Part shown: positions 49,094 through 59,130 of the stretch, one piece after another
Layout: every line of letters starts with the position of its first letter
How positions within the stretch are numbered: the stretch's first letter is position 1
IMG/VR virus record: IMGVR_UViG_3300026488_000020
Span: 20,235 to 84,234 of that record
DNA length: 64,000 nucleotides
Direction: 5' to 3' (one strand)
From: a virus
Translations under genes and position numbers: made by a program
Notes under the pieces: generated by a model
Databases searched by the model: none
Told to the model about the DNA's origin: nothing
Seen by the model: the letters and a program-made list of their open reading frames with translations, nothing else

Positions 49094-49979
49094 AGAAAAG
49101 AAGTTATTACTTCATGGTTTAAAAACAATCACTGAAGAAAATATAATTGTTCAATCATGTAAGCTTATAAGCTTTGATATAAACGATGGTTATGATATAA
49201 AGGTTGTGATTAACGGTTTAGAATTAGAATTCAAAATGTTAATTTTTGAATATTATAACGCTTTTAATTGTAAAGGTGGAATTGAAAAGATTCGAGAATG
49301 TATCGCTAATCAAATCTTTGATTTAGAAGAAGAAATAGAATCAGATGAACACGAGGAGAATGATATGTCTATAATGCGTCTGATGAAGACTAAATATCTT
49401 AGTTGGAAGAAGATGCATAAACGATATGGTTATGATTATAGTAATGACCTTGATAGAAAAAAATGGTATATTTCTGATGATGTTAAAGATGATTTAGAAA
49501 AGTATTATCCTAAGTGGATAATGTATAATATTGATGAATCAGGAGTTCATTTAGTTCGTAAGAAAGATATTATTAAAAGATTAAAAGATAATTTTGGTGA
49601 TGAAGATCTTTGGGCCAAGCTTGGTGCGAACATAGTTACTATCAATGATTTTTCAACTGAAGATATTTGGTTCGAAGAAGCTAGGATTCTTTTACAAGGT
49701 ATTTTAAAAGAAGATAAAATAGTATCGACACAATTCTATGATTTCTTTATTGGTTACATAATTTCAACTGATAAATTAAAGTGGATTGAATTAGATCTTC
49801 GCAGAGATATTACATTAAGAGAATATTGGTTATCTCCAAAATATAAATATACAATCGATAGATATGATAGAGTTTTTAGAAAAACTGAGTTAGATATGTT
49901 AAAACTAAAATTGCAAGAGTATGGTTTAGATTATTTCAAGAATTTTGATTTTAAAGAAATATTGGATAAGTGGTTATAA
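49059..49979 (+). CDS. hypothetical protein (start probably 49080)
   Basis: GAGGAG upstream of second ATG. Confidence 0.6.
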   Translation: MILRSLNMSLIKEKKLLLHGLKTITEENIIVQSCKLISFDINDGYDIKVVINGLELEFKMLIFEYYNAFNCKGGIEKIRECIANQIFDLEEEIESDEHEENDMSIMRLMKTKYLSWKKMHKRYGYDYSNDLDRKKWYISDDVKDDLEKYYPKWIMYNIDESGVHLVRKKDIIKRLKDNFGDEDLWAKLGANIVTINDFSTEDIWFEEARILLQGILKEDKIVSTQFYDFFIGYIISTDKLKWIELDLRRDITLREYWLSPKYKYTIDRYDRVFRKTELDMLKLKLQEYGLDYFKNFDFKEILDKWL

Positions 49980-50110
49980 TGACTTTATCAGAGCTCAGAA
50001 TAAGTGATTTAACTAAGGTTTTAGGCAATTACTATCGCTGATCAAGGAACTTGTGATCATGTATCTTATAATTGTATGACACATAAAGAGTTTAAAAATA
50101 AGGATAAGAA

Positions 50111-50404
50111 ATGCACATAGATGAATGGTTAGATGAGAGAACAATGGCAAGAGTGGATGATGATGAAAAATATGCAGTAGCATTCTTTTTTCTTATTGGA
50201 ATGTCAGCTGTTGATACTTGGACAATTGATCCTATAATGAAACATCATAAATTGTTTTGTACATACAAAGAAAAAGTTTACAGAATAACAGGTTCATCAA
50301 CAATGGGTGATGTTTGGATACATTCAGATTATTCAAAAGATTCTGGATACGAATTCAGAGTTGATATTGAAGATTGTTCAAAATTTAGAGAAAAGGAATA
50401 TTAA
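50111..50404 (+). CDS. conserved phage hypothetical protein
   Basis: LFCTY..YRITGSSTMGDVW..GYEFRV. Confidence 0.6.
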   Translation: MHIDEWLDERTMARVDDDEKYAVAFFFLIGMSAVDTWTIDPIMKHHKLFCTYKEKVYRITGSSTMGDVWIHSDYSKDSGYEFRVDIEDCSKFREKEY

Positions 50405-50697
50405 TGAAAAGAATATTAAGCAATGATGAATTAATTGTTGGTCAGAATTATATTGCTAGATCAAAAACTAATGGTACACATCCAGGGTATCAACCAGTTG
50501 CTGAAGTAACCAAGGTAAAAGAGCTATCTGGAATAAAAGTTATTTTTGATCGAATGTGGGCGACCGATGATAATAATCAAGCATTAGATCGTTACGAAAT
50601 TTATGGACCGATTGATTTAGACGATATGATTGAGTCAATGACGTCAATGATGAATGTTCCAGTAAAACATTCAAATATAGAAAATATAGAATCTTAA
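50404..50697 (+). CDS. hypothetical protein
   Basis: TAATG coupling. Confidence 0.55.
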   Translation: MKRILSNDELIVGQNYIARSKTNGTHPGYQPVAEVTKVKELSGIKVIFDRMWATDDNNQALDRYEIYGPIDLDDMIESMTSMMNVPVKHSNIENIES

Positions 50698-50707
50698 GGA
50701 GATTAAA

Positions 50708-51769
50708 ATGATAAAACAAGAATTAGATAATGTGATATATGATGCAGCAGAAAGATTAAAATTGTTCGACTCGAGTAGATTACTTGTGCATTTAAGTCAT
50801 AATGATATGGATGGTTTTGGGGCAACATATGTTGTTGGAACGTTTTTATTCGATAGATTAATGATACAAGATAATGCAAATTATGGTGAAATTATCTCAA
50901 AGTTACAAGAGATTGGCTTATCAAAAAATAGTAATTTATTAATAACTGATATTAATTTAACAATGGAAGAGGCTGAGTGGATTAATGATAATTGTAATGA
51001 TTGGTGTGTAATTGATCATCACGGAACTGGTAAAGATGTTGCAACTGCATATCCTAAAAATTATTTTTTAGATACTACTAGATGTGGAACTCTTTTAACA
51101 TTTCACACTTTAAATACTTTTGCATATAATGAAAATTCTACTGAATTAGAAGATGTGTGTGAAATGATTAACGCTTATGATATTTATAAAACAGAAAGTG
51201 ATTTATTTAGAAAAGGTATGCTTCTTGCAAATTATGTAAAATCAAATCAATTTCAATTTAAAGCATTAACTCATGATTACATGAAGTTCTTATTTGAAGA
51301 GGTTGCTCCCTTTATTTTAGAATATGGTGTGCAAGAGACAGAGATTCAATATCCTCGAATGTTTCTAAAATATTTAAAATATTTAAATACAAAAGCAAAT
51401 AATATTATTGTTGATCAACAATTAATTCCATCAAATGTTCAAGTCGCAATGTTACATGAACCATTAATTAGAACAAAAATAACTTTTCAAAATAATGATA
51501 TTGTTGTATTTGAAGGTGTATCAACATCAATTACACAATATGTAAATGAATTATTATTTAATGCTGAGTTTAGCGATAAAGTTTTAATTAATCTGAAAAC
51601 AGATGGAAATAAATGCTTTGTAGCATTTAGAGATATTCAGGGAAATGCCTCTAAGTTTGCAGTCCGGGCCGGAGGCGGGGGACACGAAAAAGCCAGTGGA
51701 GCTTCATTCAAACTAAACGATGGAGAAAAAGGTCTTGATAAGTTATTAGATTTAATAACTAAAGGATAA
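50708..51769 (+). CDS. DHH/DHHA1 phosphoesterase (NrnB/nanoRNase-like)
   Basis: HLSHNDMDG, LITDINL, IDHH, YDIY, GGGHEKASG. Confidence 0.88.
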   Translation: MIKQELDNVIYDAAERLKLFDSSRLLVHLSHNDMDGFGATYVVGTFLFDRLMIQDNANYGEIISKLQEIGLSKNSNLLITDINLTMEEAEWINDNCNDWCVIDHHGTGKDVATAYPKNYFLDTTRCGTLLTFHTLNTFAYNENSTELEDVCEMINAYDIYKTESDLFRKGMLLANYVKSNQFQFKALTHDYMKFLFEEVAPFILEYGVQETEIQYPRMFLKYLKYLNTKANNIIVDQQLIPSNVQVAMLHEPLIRTKITFQNNDIVVFEGVSTSITQYVNELLFNAEFSDKVLINLKTDGNKCFVAFRDIQGNASKFAVRAGGGGHEKASGASFKLNDGEKGLDKLLDLITKG

Positions 51770-51770
51770 T

Positions 51771-51905
51771 ATGGTGGAGGTCATATAGTATTAAGGTGGT
51801 ATTAGCAATATTAAAATCGCTGAAGAATATAATATTTCTAGACGAGTAGTTTATGAAATAAAAACTAAAAAAACTTGGAAGGATATATCCAAGTTGTATT
51901 TTTAA
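51771..51905 (+). pseudogene. relic of HNH homing endonuclease (C-terminal HTH only)
   Basis: Startless frame 51795-51905 GGISNIKIAEEYNISRRVVYEIKTKKTWKDISKLYF*; RBS+ATG at 51771 stops after 5 codons. Confidence 0.55.
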
Positions 51906-51915
51906 AAGGAATAAC

Positions 51916-52332
51916 ATGGATGAAGAAACCCGTAGAAAACATGCTGCAATTGGAAAAATGTTAGCAACTAATCAACTTGATTATTTAGAATGGTTGAATA
52001 TAACGTTATCACTTTTTAACTTATCTATTAGTCAATTCACTAAGATGTGTCGAGCAGAGAAAGTTACTCTAGCAGAGATTCACAATAAAGAATATATGCT
52101 AGAAAAATTTAAAATTTGGGAGGATATGTTTGCAGAAGAAGCGATCATTGATTATAACTATATTCAAGCATTGTTTAATAATCGCGAGGTTTTGGAGTTA
52201 TCAAAATATGCAGTGAAACATAAATTATCAATTCAAAATATGATTTATAATACAACATGTGTTAGACAGGATCCTATATTTTGGACAAATGTTACAGATA
52301 CAATGTTAGGTATATTATACGATAAGGAGTAA
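51916..52332 (+). CDS. hypothetical protein
   Basis: AAGGA RBS. Confidence 0.6.
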   Translation: MDEETRRKHAAIGKMLATNQLDYLEWLNITLSLFNLSISQFTKMCRAEKVTLAEIHNKEYMLEKFKIWEDMFAEEAIIDYNYIQALFNNREVLELSKYAVKHKLSIQNMIYNTTCVRQDPIFWTNVTDTMLGILYDKE

Positions 52333-52334
52333 TA

Positions 52335-53453
52335 TTGGAAAATGTATATGTATATGAAACAAGAGCATTTAAAAAAGGCGATTGTGTAGAATTACAACCA
52401 GTTCAATTAGAAAGTACATATGGTAAGTCAAAAGATTTTTTAGTAGATAGAACTATGAAAAACCTATTAGGTTCTGTTTTATCTCTAATGTATGTGTCAG
52501 CTATCTCAAAAGATGCTGAGAATATTAAGATTCGAAAAGCGAAAACGAAGCCTGGAAAATATGAAGATGTCTGGTTCCCTATTGAAATTTTTAAAATAGT
52601 TAAAGTACCGAAGATGAATGATGTGGTAGCTTGGTTATATGATAATCAACCAGTTCAGTACCCAAGTCATTGGTTAATTTTTAAAAATGAAGTACAATCA
52701 ATCTCTAGATATATTCCAAAGATTTTCCAGACAAATTTAAAAGCAATTTATTTAATAAATAAAGAATGTAACCATTTACATTTCAATCATGATAGTTTTG
52801 AGAACTTGATGTATTATAAAACAATTATTCAACAATTAAAATTATCATTTTATGATAGATATTCTGAGTTTAATAAGATGACTAAACGCAAACAATTTAT
52901 TGAAGCTTGCCAAACTATTAATCCAACATGGCATACATCAGATGCTATATCAATTTATGAGATGAATAATCGGAACGTTTTTTCAAATGAGATGTATATC
53001 TCAAATGATGATAGATTAGATTTTTGGAAGAATCCTAAAAAGAAATTAGAATTTGATCAAAATAATGCGATACTACAAGAAAGAATTAAAGAGTTGGCAA
53101 AAGAAAATAATAAGCGTAAAATGTTATCAGACAAAAGATACATATTTGAATTGGATCAGAAAGTAATTGATGATTTAGAATTGGTGATATTCAATGTTAA
53201 AACATTACCTTCTAGAAATCAAATTCTTTTTATCTTTATCGATAAAGATAATAACAAACGTTTTTATATTGAAGATTTTAGTTATATATTTTTTATTTCA
53301 AATCAATCTTCAATTATTAATAATGATTATATTGAAAATTTTGACACTAATAAACATATGCCATTTATTGTAAAATCTTTAGAAGTATTGAGAACAATCA
53401 AATTCGCAGTTCAAGATTCACATAAACGATTTATGAAACAAGGAGGATTTTAA
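52335..53453 (+). CDS. hypothetical protein
   Basis: 372-aa ORF, AAGGAG RBS with TTG start. Confidence 0.65.
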   Translation: MENVYVYETRAFKKGDCVELQPVQLESTYGKSKDFLVDRTMKNLLGSVLSLMYVSAISKDAENIKIRKAKTKPGKYEDVWFPIEIFKIVKVPKMNDVVAWLYDNQPVQYPSHWLIFKNEVQSISRYIPKIFQTNLKAIYLINKECNHLHFNHDSFENLMYYKTIIQQLKLSFYDRYSEFNKMTKRKQFIEACQTINPTWHTSDAISIYEMNNRNVFSNEMYISNDDRLDFWKNPKKKLEFDQNNAILQERIKELAKENNKRKMLSDKRYIFELDQKVIDDLELVIFNVKTLPSRNQILFIFIDKDNNKRFYIEDFSYIFFISNQSSIINNDYIENFDTNKHMPFIVKSLEVLRTIKFAVQDSHKRFMKQGGF

Positions 53454-53818
53454 TGAAATTATATGATATTCAAAATCATGATGATTATAAAAAACTGTTA
53501 AAATTGTTATTACATAGTGGTGTTGAAGATTCCGTTGGGAATACTTTTGCATTCTTTAATCATGACCCCATAGTTATGTTAGAGTATTTTGATATCGATG
53601 CTCAAGATACAAAGATATGGGATGAAGATGGTGAACCATCTTGGGACATCGATAAAGAAGATTTACCAGAATATTATTGGGATGAGTTTATCACTAATCG
53701 TTTAAAAGAAATTGAAATGAGTTTTCCTTTTATGGTATCAGTGTATGCTGATATAGGAACATGTTTAGATAATGTAGATTATAGAAGTTTTTTTGAATTA
53801 TATCCGGAGCGACCATAA
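53453..53818 (+). CDS. hypothetical acidic protein
   Basis: AGGAGG RBS, TAATG coupling. Confidence 0.6.
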   Translation: MKLYDIQNHDDYKKLLKLLLHSGVEDSVGNTFAFFNHDPIVMLEYFDIDAQDTKIWDEDGEPSWDIDKEDLPEYYWDEFITNRLKEIEMSFPFMVSVYADIGTCLDNVDYRSFFELYPERP

Positions 53819-54438
53819 TGGATGCTCTGTGGTATAATTGGGATATGTCTAATCAAAAAGACATAAATAAAGTTATTAAAAAATTAGAAGCAGTTTGTCG
53901 AGCATCATTAGAATATGATGAATGGCAAAGAACTTGTAAATATAGACATGCGATCACATGTCCAGTATGTGATGATAACTATTATGATAATAACTCAAAA
54001 TGTGAAAGCCATCATCATCCAAAAACATTATACACTATTGTTGAAAATATTATTGATGAACATTTAGAAAAAAATGATCTAGATGATCAAACAGGTTTCG
54101 CAATTGTTCAAGAAATAATGGATTTACATTTATTAAAAAAAGTTCAATATATAAATTTATGTCAACATTGTCATAAAAAATTTCATGCTGGTCATCCAGA
54201 TGTATTAAATAAAGTTGATACTATATTTACACAATGGGCTGCAAAAGGAAAAGCAATGTATGATAAAGTATCTGAAGATAATTTAGATGACACTATTATT
54301 GTACAAGTACAAGCTCCTGCAATAATAGAAGAGGTAAAAGTTGATTTTAAATTGACTGCGCCTGAAGCACCAGAAGTTGAAACATTAAATATTGAAACAT
54401 CTGACGACTTCGTGTCTATTGATATAAACGATCTTTAA
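53818..54438 (+). CDS. HNH-like zinc-binding protein
   Basis: CPVC...ESHHHP...LCQHCHKKFH. Confidence 0.65.
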   Translation: MDALWYNWDMSNQKDINKVIKKLEAVCRASLEYDEWQRTCKYRHAITCPVCDDNYYDNNSKCESHHHPKTLYTIVENIIDEHLEKNDLDDQTGFAIVQEIMDLHLLKKVQYINLCQHCHKKFHAGHPDVLNKVDTIFTQWAAKGKAMYDKVSEDNLDDTIIVQVQAPAIIEEVKVDFKLTAPEAPEVETLNIETSDDFVSIDINDL

Positions 54439-54470
54439 AGATAGAAAAGTTTAATATAGAAATAATACAT
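54429..54470 (+). promoter_or_regulatory. bipartite motif TCTTTAAAGA-N15-TAGAAATA
   Basis: Box 1 at 54432-54441, box 2 at 54457-54464; continues ATACATA exactly as the 11626 copy. Confidence 0.7.
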
Positions 54471-54488
54471 ATATTATTAAGGAGAGTT

Positions 54489-55235
54489 ATGAAAGAGAAA
54501 ATTCAAAAGTCATATATTCTATTAGGTAATTTGCCGATTGGTGACGATTTTAATTCACCAAATGGTTGTAAGTTTATAATCAATGCTCGTGTTAAATATG
54601 AGCAAGGGTTGGTTTCGATTCAATTTATTGAACAAGTAGAATTGGAAACATTTTCATTAGAAAAGGCTAAATTAGGTTCAGAGATTGAATTAGATATTAG
54701 CTCACTCATAAAGTTAAAAACGTTTTTGAGACTTTATGGACAAAGAGATACTGAATACATCAAAGTTTTTTCTACAAGATTATTAGGTTCAGCATCTAGA
54801 AATAACGGAGCATTTATTAAAATGTCTCAGTCAAATTTAGAAGTAATTATTGATGATAAGAATCAAAAAACTTTTAAAATTCCAAGTGGATTTCAATTCG
54901 AAAGTTTTAAAGAGTTGATAATTGAATCGTTAGATATGTTAAAACAAGCATATGTTCAATATGATGTTTCAAAAGTTTTAAGTAATCGACGACAAGGAAA
55001 TACTTATACAGTTGATGATTCTAAACCAAAGATTCAAGTACCTATAGGAACTTGTAATTCTATGACATCACCACCTATAATGCCAATTAGAGGTACAACG
55101 TTGCCAGCGAGTAATTTTGCACAGCCTATTGCACCTAAATCGATATCGTTACCTGATTCAATAACAACTCAAGTTGTGCCGCAAGCGCCGGATTTTAATG
55201 TAAATATACCTGACTTAAATGTTCAAACAATATAA
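54489..55235 (+). CDS. hypothetical protein with Pro-rich C-terminal tail
   Basis: AAGGAG RBS; first gene after motif. Confidence 0.65.
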   Translation: MKEKIQKSYILLGNLPIGDDFNSPNGCKFIINARVKYEQGLVSIQFIEQVELETFSLEKAKLGSEIELDISSLIKLKTFLRLYGQRDTEYIKVFSTRLLGSASRNNGAFIKMSQSNLEVIIDDKNQKTFKIPSGFQFESFKELIIESLDMLKQAYVQYDVSKVLSNRRQGNTYTVDDSKPKIQVPIGTCNSMTSPPIMPIRGTTLPASNFAQPIAPKSISLPDSITTQVVPQAPDFNVNIPDLNVQTI

Positions 55236-55246
55236 GGAAAAAATAA

Positions 55247-55999
55247 ATGTTAACTAAACAAGATATAACAAAAGCAACTCTTAAAGAAATGTCTGATGAT
55301 CAGATTAATGATGTACGTAGAGATTTAATTGATATTAAACCATTTTCTGGTCATGAGAATGTTCCAATGACTGTTGAGGCTCGTGCTGTAATGGCATTAG
55401 ATGTTTCTGAAAAAATGAAAGAAATATTTGATATTATGAAACTTGATTATAAAAATGATCCAAATCTTAAAGATACTCCGATGAGAGTTTCTAGTATGTG
55501 GGTTAATGAATTAATGGTTGGTAGATATCAAAACAAACCTCGTATGGAATCTTTTCCTTTACAATTTGGTGGCGACATTGGCGGAGTATTAATTGATGAT
55601 GCACCATTAGAACCAGGTATGATGATTACTAAAAAAGTAGATATTCGATCTCTGTGTTCTCATCACTTAATGCCATTCTTTGATCAAGATGAAAATGCAT
55701 ATGCAATTATTAGCTATGTGCCATCTGACAAACTACTTGGTATTTCTAAATTACAAAGAGTTGTTCATTGGTATGGTTCTCGTCCACAGCTACAAGAACA
55801 ATTAACATATCAGATTTACAAAGATGTGTGTGATACAATTGGTACAAATAATGTTATGGTTTCAATGCAAAATATTACACATACATGTGAATCATTGCGT
55901 GGTGTTGAATCAGCTTGTGGTAGAACAAGTACAATTCAATTTGGCGGAGTATATAATGACTCTAGTTTAAGACGTGAAGTTATTTCACAAGCTAAATAG
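55247..55999 (+). CDS. folE: GTP cyclohydrolase I
   Basis: DTPMRV, SLCSHHLMPF, LGISKLQR, RPQLQEQLT, HTCESLRGV. Confidence 0.95.
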   Translation: MLTKQDITKATLKEMSDDQINDVRRDLIDIKPFSGHENVPMTVEARAVMALDVSEKMKEIFDIMKLDYKNDPNLKDTPMRVSSMWVNELMVGRYQNKPRMESFPLQFGGDIGGVLIDDAPLEPGMMITKKVDIRSLCSHHLMPFFDQDENAYAIISYVPSDKLLGISKLQRVVHWYGSRPQLQEQLTYQIYKDVCDTIGTNNVMVSMQNITHTCESLRGVESACGRTSTIQFGGVYNDSSLRREVISQAK

Positions 56000-56015
56000 T
56001 TTATAAGGAATAAAA

Positions 56016-56639
56016 ATGGAAAAAAGTTTAATTCAAAAATTCTTAGGAATGATTGCATCCGTGTTTAAACGCGATGATGCTCCAAAACCTAAAAGAAAAT
56101 ATAAAAAACGTGTTAAAAAAGTTGATTCAGAGAAAGATGTTATTGATAAAACAAAACGTGAATTTCCAGAACCGGTTAAAGAAACAACATATAAAGTTGA
56201 GCCTGCGGATTTATCAACAGTTGCTTTAAATATTGAAATTGAATCAAGAGAAAAAGCAGTTCTTCTTAGAAAAGAAAGTTTAACTGTTGCAAAAAAACAG
56301 TTGATGCATGCTACAAATGATGATGATAAAAAAGTTGCAAGTATTACGCTTGCAGCCGCAGAAGACGCTTTAAAAATTGCAGACGATAGATTAAAAGAAT
56401 CAACATCAAAAGATGTTCGTGCATCTGAAGTTGAACCAGAAGTTCTTGAGTCAGCAATGCAAGAAGTAACATTGAAAACAACTTTAACAACTGGTAGATA
56501 TACTACTGAAGATAAAGCAATTGTTAAAGCAGCTACAGATGGTTACGGTCTAGCTGAAGTTAATTTTGAAAAATTAGCAACAACTTTAAATCGTGATATC
56601 AAAGCAGTAAAACAGAGAGTTCGCAAACAATACAAATAG
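56016..56639 (+). CDS. hypothetical protein with basic N-terminus and possible C-terminal HTH
   Basis: GRYTTEDK...FEKLATTLNRDIKAVKQR. Confidence 0.55.
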   Translation: MEKSLIQKFLGMIASVFKRDDAPKPKRKYKKRVKKVDSEKDVIDKTKREFPEPVKETTYKVEPADLSTVALNIEIESREKAVLLRKESLTVAKKQLMHATNDDDKKVASITLAAAEDALKIADDRLKESTSKDVRASEVEPEVLESAMQEVTLKTTLTTGRYTTEDKAIVKAATDGYGLAEVNFEKLATTLNRDIKAVKQRVRKQYK

Positions 56640-56647
56640 GAGATCAT

Positions 56648-57622
56648 ATGATATCTGAGAATCATCCGTGGTTTTTACCTGAAAATTTTATAGAAAAAAC
56701 AGATACTGATGATGTATTATTATACGCTGATACCGATTCAGCGTATTTATTATATGATTTGCCTTTTGATAAATATCAAGACATTCATCAACTTGTTGAT
56801 TATGTTCAAGGTATCGCTCGTGAACTTGGTACAATATATAATGAAGCTCTTGAATATTATTTATGTGCAAATGCTGGATTGAATCCTAAATATAATACAA
56901 TGGATTTTAAATCAGAAGTTGTTGCATATAAGGGATTTTTCAATTCTAAAAAATTTTATGCTTTAGCTAAAGCTTGGGATGAGGGAACCTTTTTTGAAGA
57001 GAAACCTAAACTCAAGATAACAGGTGGAGCAATAAAAAAATCAGATGTTACAAAACTTACTAAACAGTTACTAACAGATGTTTATAGTGTTTTAGTTACT
57101 GATATTGATAAAGTTGATTTAGTTGAAATGTATAGAATTATTTTTGTACAATTAAAAGCTAAATATAAATTCCAAATAATGGACTCAATTAAAAATATGG
57201 AGTTTGCTGATTTCAGTATTCCTAAAAAATGGGGAAGCACTGAAAAAACAATTCCACCACCTGTTACTGGTGCAAAATTATATAATTATATAATGGAAGA
57301 TACGTTCAGACCATCTGATTCATTTATTGTTGTTAAAGTGTATGTTGATATTGCTAGACTATTACAAGAGTATGGTCGCGACCCTGCAAAAGTTTCAGAA
57401 TTTATTCTTCAACAAGAAGAAGTTGAATTTTTAAAAAACAAGATTAATGTTATTTCAATTCCACCAACATTAGATGAAGAACAGAAACAACGATTATTAG
57501 ATAGATTAGATAAACTTAACATTCGATTAGATTATGATGAAATCATAAGTTATAATATTGATACTAAACTCGAACCATTTGAAAAACTATTTTCAGATGA
57601 TATTCGAATGAAAGTATTATAA
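56648..57622 (+). CDS. family B DNA polymerase, C-terminal fragment (motif C palm + thumb)
   Basis: YADTDS, DFKSE, KKFYA, KITG..KKSD. Confidence 0.88.
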   Translation: MISENHPWFLPENFIEKTDTDDVLLYADTDSAYLLYDLPFDKYQDIHQLVDYVQGIARELGTIYNEALEYYLCANAGLNPKYNTMDFKSEVVAYKGFFNSKKFYALAKAWDEGTFFEEKPKLKITGGAIKKSDVTKLTKQLLTDVYSVLVTDIDKVDLVEMYRIIFVQLKAKYKFQIMDSIKNMEFADFSIPKKWGSTEKTIPPPVTGAKLYNYIMEDTFRPSDSFIVVKVYVDIARLLQEYGRDPAKVSEFILQQEEVEFLKNKINVISIPPTLDEEQKQRLLDRLDKLNIRLDYDEIISYNIDTKLEPFEKLFSDDIRMKVL

Positions 57623-57631
57623 GGAGCACAA

Positions 57632-58693
57632 ATGGAACACGGAACTCCTATATTATTCAATCAAGAGAATGTAAGAGATATGACAAAATATCTAAGAGAT
57701 AATTCGTACAAGTTTCATCAATTTTATAATATTGATGTTGATACTAGTGAATATGCATTTATTCAATTTATGATGAATTATAAAGATTCTCCTAGATCAA
57801 AAGTATTAAATAAAACATATTATGATATTGAAACTTTTGTAAATGAAAAAGGTGACTTTACTGATGCTCAAAAGGTAAAAGAAGAAGTTAACTCTATTGC
57901 ATTATATAACAATGTTTCGAATACAGCATATGTTATTGCATTTGTAACTGAATGTGATATAACAGATCCTGTTGAAATTGAAGCAGGTGTGCGAAAACTA
58001 TTTGCAGAAAAAGTTGCAGAAAATGAAACATATAATATTCCAGGAATGACGCTAGTTGTTTTAATTTTAGAGAATGAAAAAGAAGTTTTAGAAAAATTCT
58101 TTAGTTTAATGAAGGAGCAAAATACTTTAGCTCTAATTGGTTTTAATTCAAGCACGTTTGATGATCCATATATGTTTAATAGATGTGCAGCACTCTTTGG
58201 CGAGGAGAGAACTAAGGATATGGTTTCAGAGTTCGGAATCTTGGATAAATATGGTGACTCATCTTTTGAATTACCAGATTATCTTTTAGTTGATCTTTTA
58301 AAACTTTATAAACCTGTTGGTCAAGGTGGGGGAGGATTAGGTAAATCCTTACCCGATTTTAAATTAAATACTGTTGCAAAAAAAGAGCTAGGTATAACGA
58401 AACTTGATTTACCTGGCGGATTCAGACACAATTATCTGCACAATATTATTGGATATTTAACATATAATATTTTTGACACATTGATAACTTTTAAACTTGA
58501 TGAAAAATTATTGTTTATGGAATTGATGTTTGATCTCAGTAAATATAATAATGCTACAATGGGTGCAACGATTAATGGTCGTTCAATCCTATACACATAT
58601 AGAAATAATCTAATGTATGCAACTCAAGATAAAGTTGTAAGGACTAAGAAGTTCTCAGGAGAAGTTTTATATGAACCAACAATCAAACTTTAG
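57632..58693 (+). CDS. family B DNA polymerase, 3'-5' exonuclease fragment
   Basis: ExoI YYDIET, ExoII GFNSSTFDDPY, DLLKLYK, FKLNTVA..ELG..K, ExoIII YNIFD. Confidence 0.9.
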   Translation: MEHGTPILFNQENVRDMTKYLRDNSYKFHQFYNIDVDTSEYAFIQFMMNYKDSPRSKVLNKTYYDIETFVNEKGDFTDAQKVKEEVNSIALYNNVSNTAYVIAFVTECDITDPVEIEAGVRKLFAEKVAENETYNIPGMTLVVLILENEKEVLEKFFSLMKEQNTLALIGFNSSTFDDPYMFNRCAALFGEERTKDMVSEFGILDKYGDSSFELPDYLLVDLLKLYKPVGQGGGGLGKSLPDFKLNTVAKKELGITKLDLPGGFRHNYLHNIIGYLTYNIFDTLITFKLDEKLLFMELMFDLSKYNNATMGATINGRSILYTYRNNLMYATQDKVVRTKKFSGEVLYEPTIKL

Positions 58694-58701
58694 GAGGGAT
58701 C

Positions 58702-59130
58702 ATGACAAATAGCGAGATATTAACAATGTCTCAAGCCTTGAAAACTGAAATTACAGATCAAACCAGTCTATGTTCAAATCTTTTTAGATCTGATATTTCA
58801 GGAAAAGACTTAGAGGCATTAGTTAACTCAACACAAGAGAAAATTGATGAATTGAAATTTTATCAACATGTTATTTATAATCGTAACCAAGAGAAAACGA
58901 TATATAAAAATAAAGAGATATCATATCAAGAAATCATTAGAATTAAAGAAGGTCTCCTTCTTAAGAAAAAACTTCAAACATCACTTATCGGTGATTCAGG
59001 AAACAACCTGGTAAATTTATCATTGGAAGCATTTCAAAAGGTGCAAGAATATAAAAAAGATTTAACAATGATATATAATATTTTAGAAACTTTTAATAAC
59101 TCAACATTTAATATACAGGATCATTCATGA
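58702..59130 (+). CDS. hypothetical helical protein
   Basis: AGGAGG RBS. Confidence 0.6.
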   Translation: MTNSEILTMSQALKTEITDQTSLCSNLFRSDISGKDLEALVNSTQEKIDELKFYQHVIYNRNQEKTIYKNKEISYQEIIRIKEGLLLKKKLQTSLIGDSGNNLVNLSLEAFQKVQEYKKDLTMIYNILETFNNSTFNIQDHS

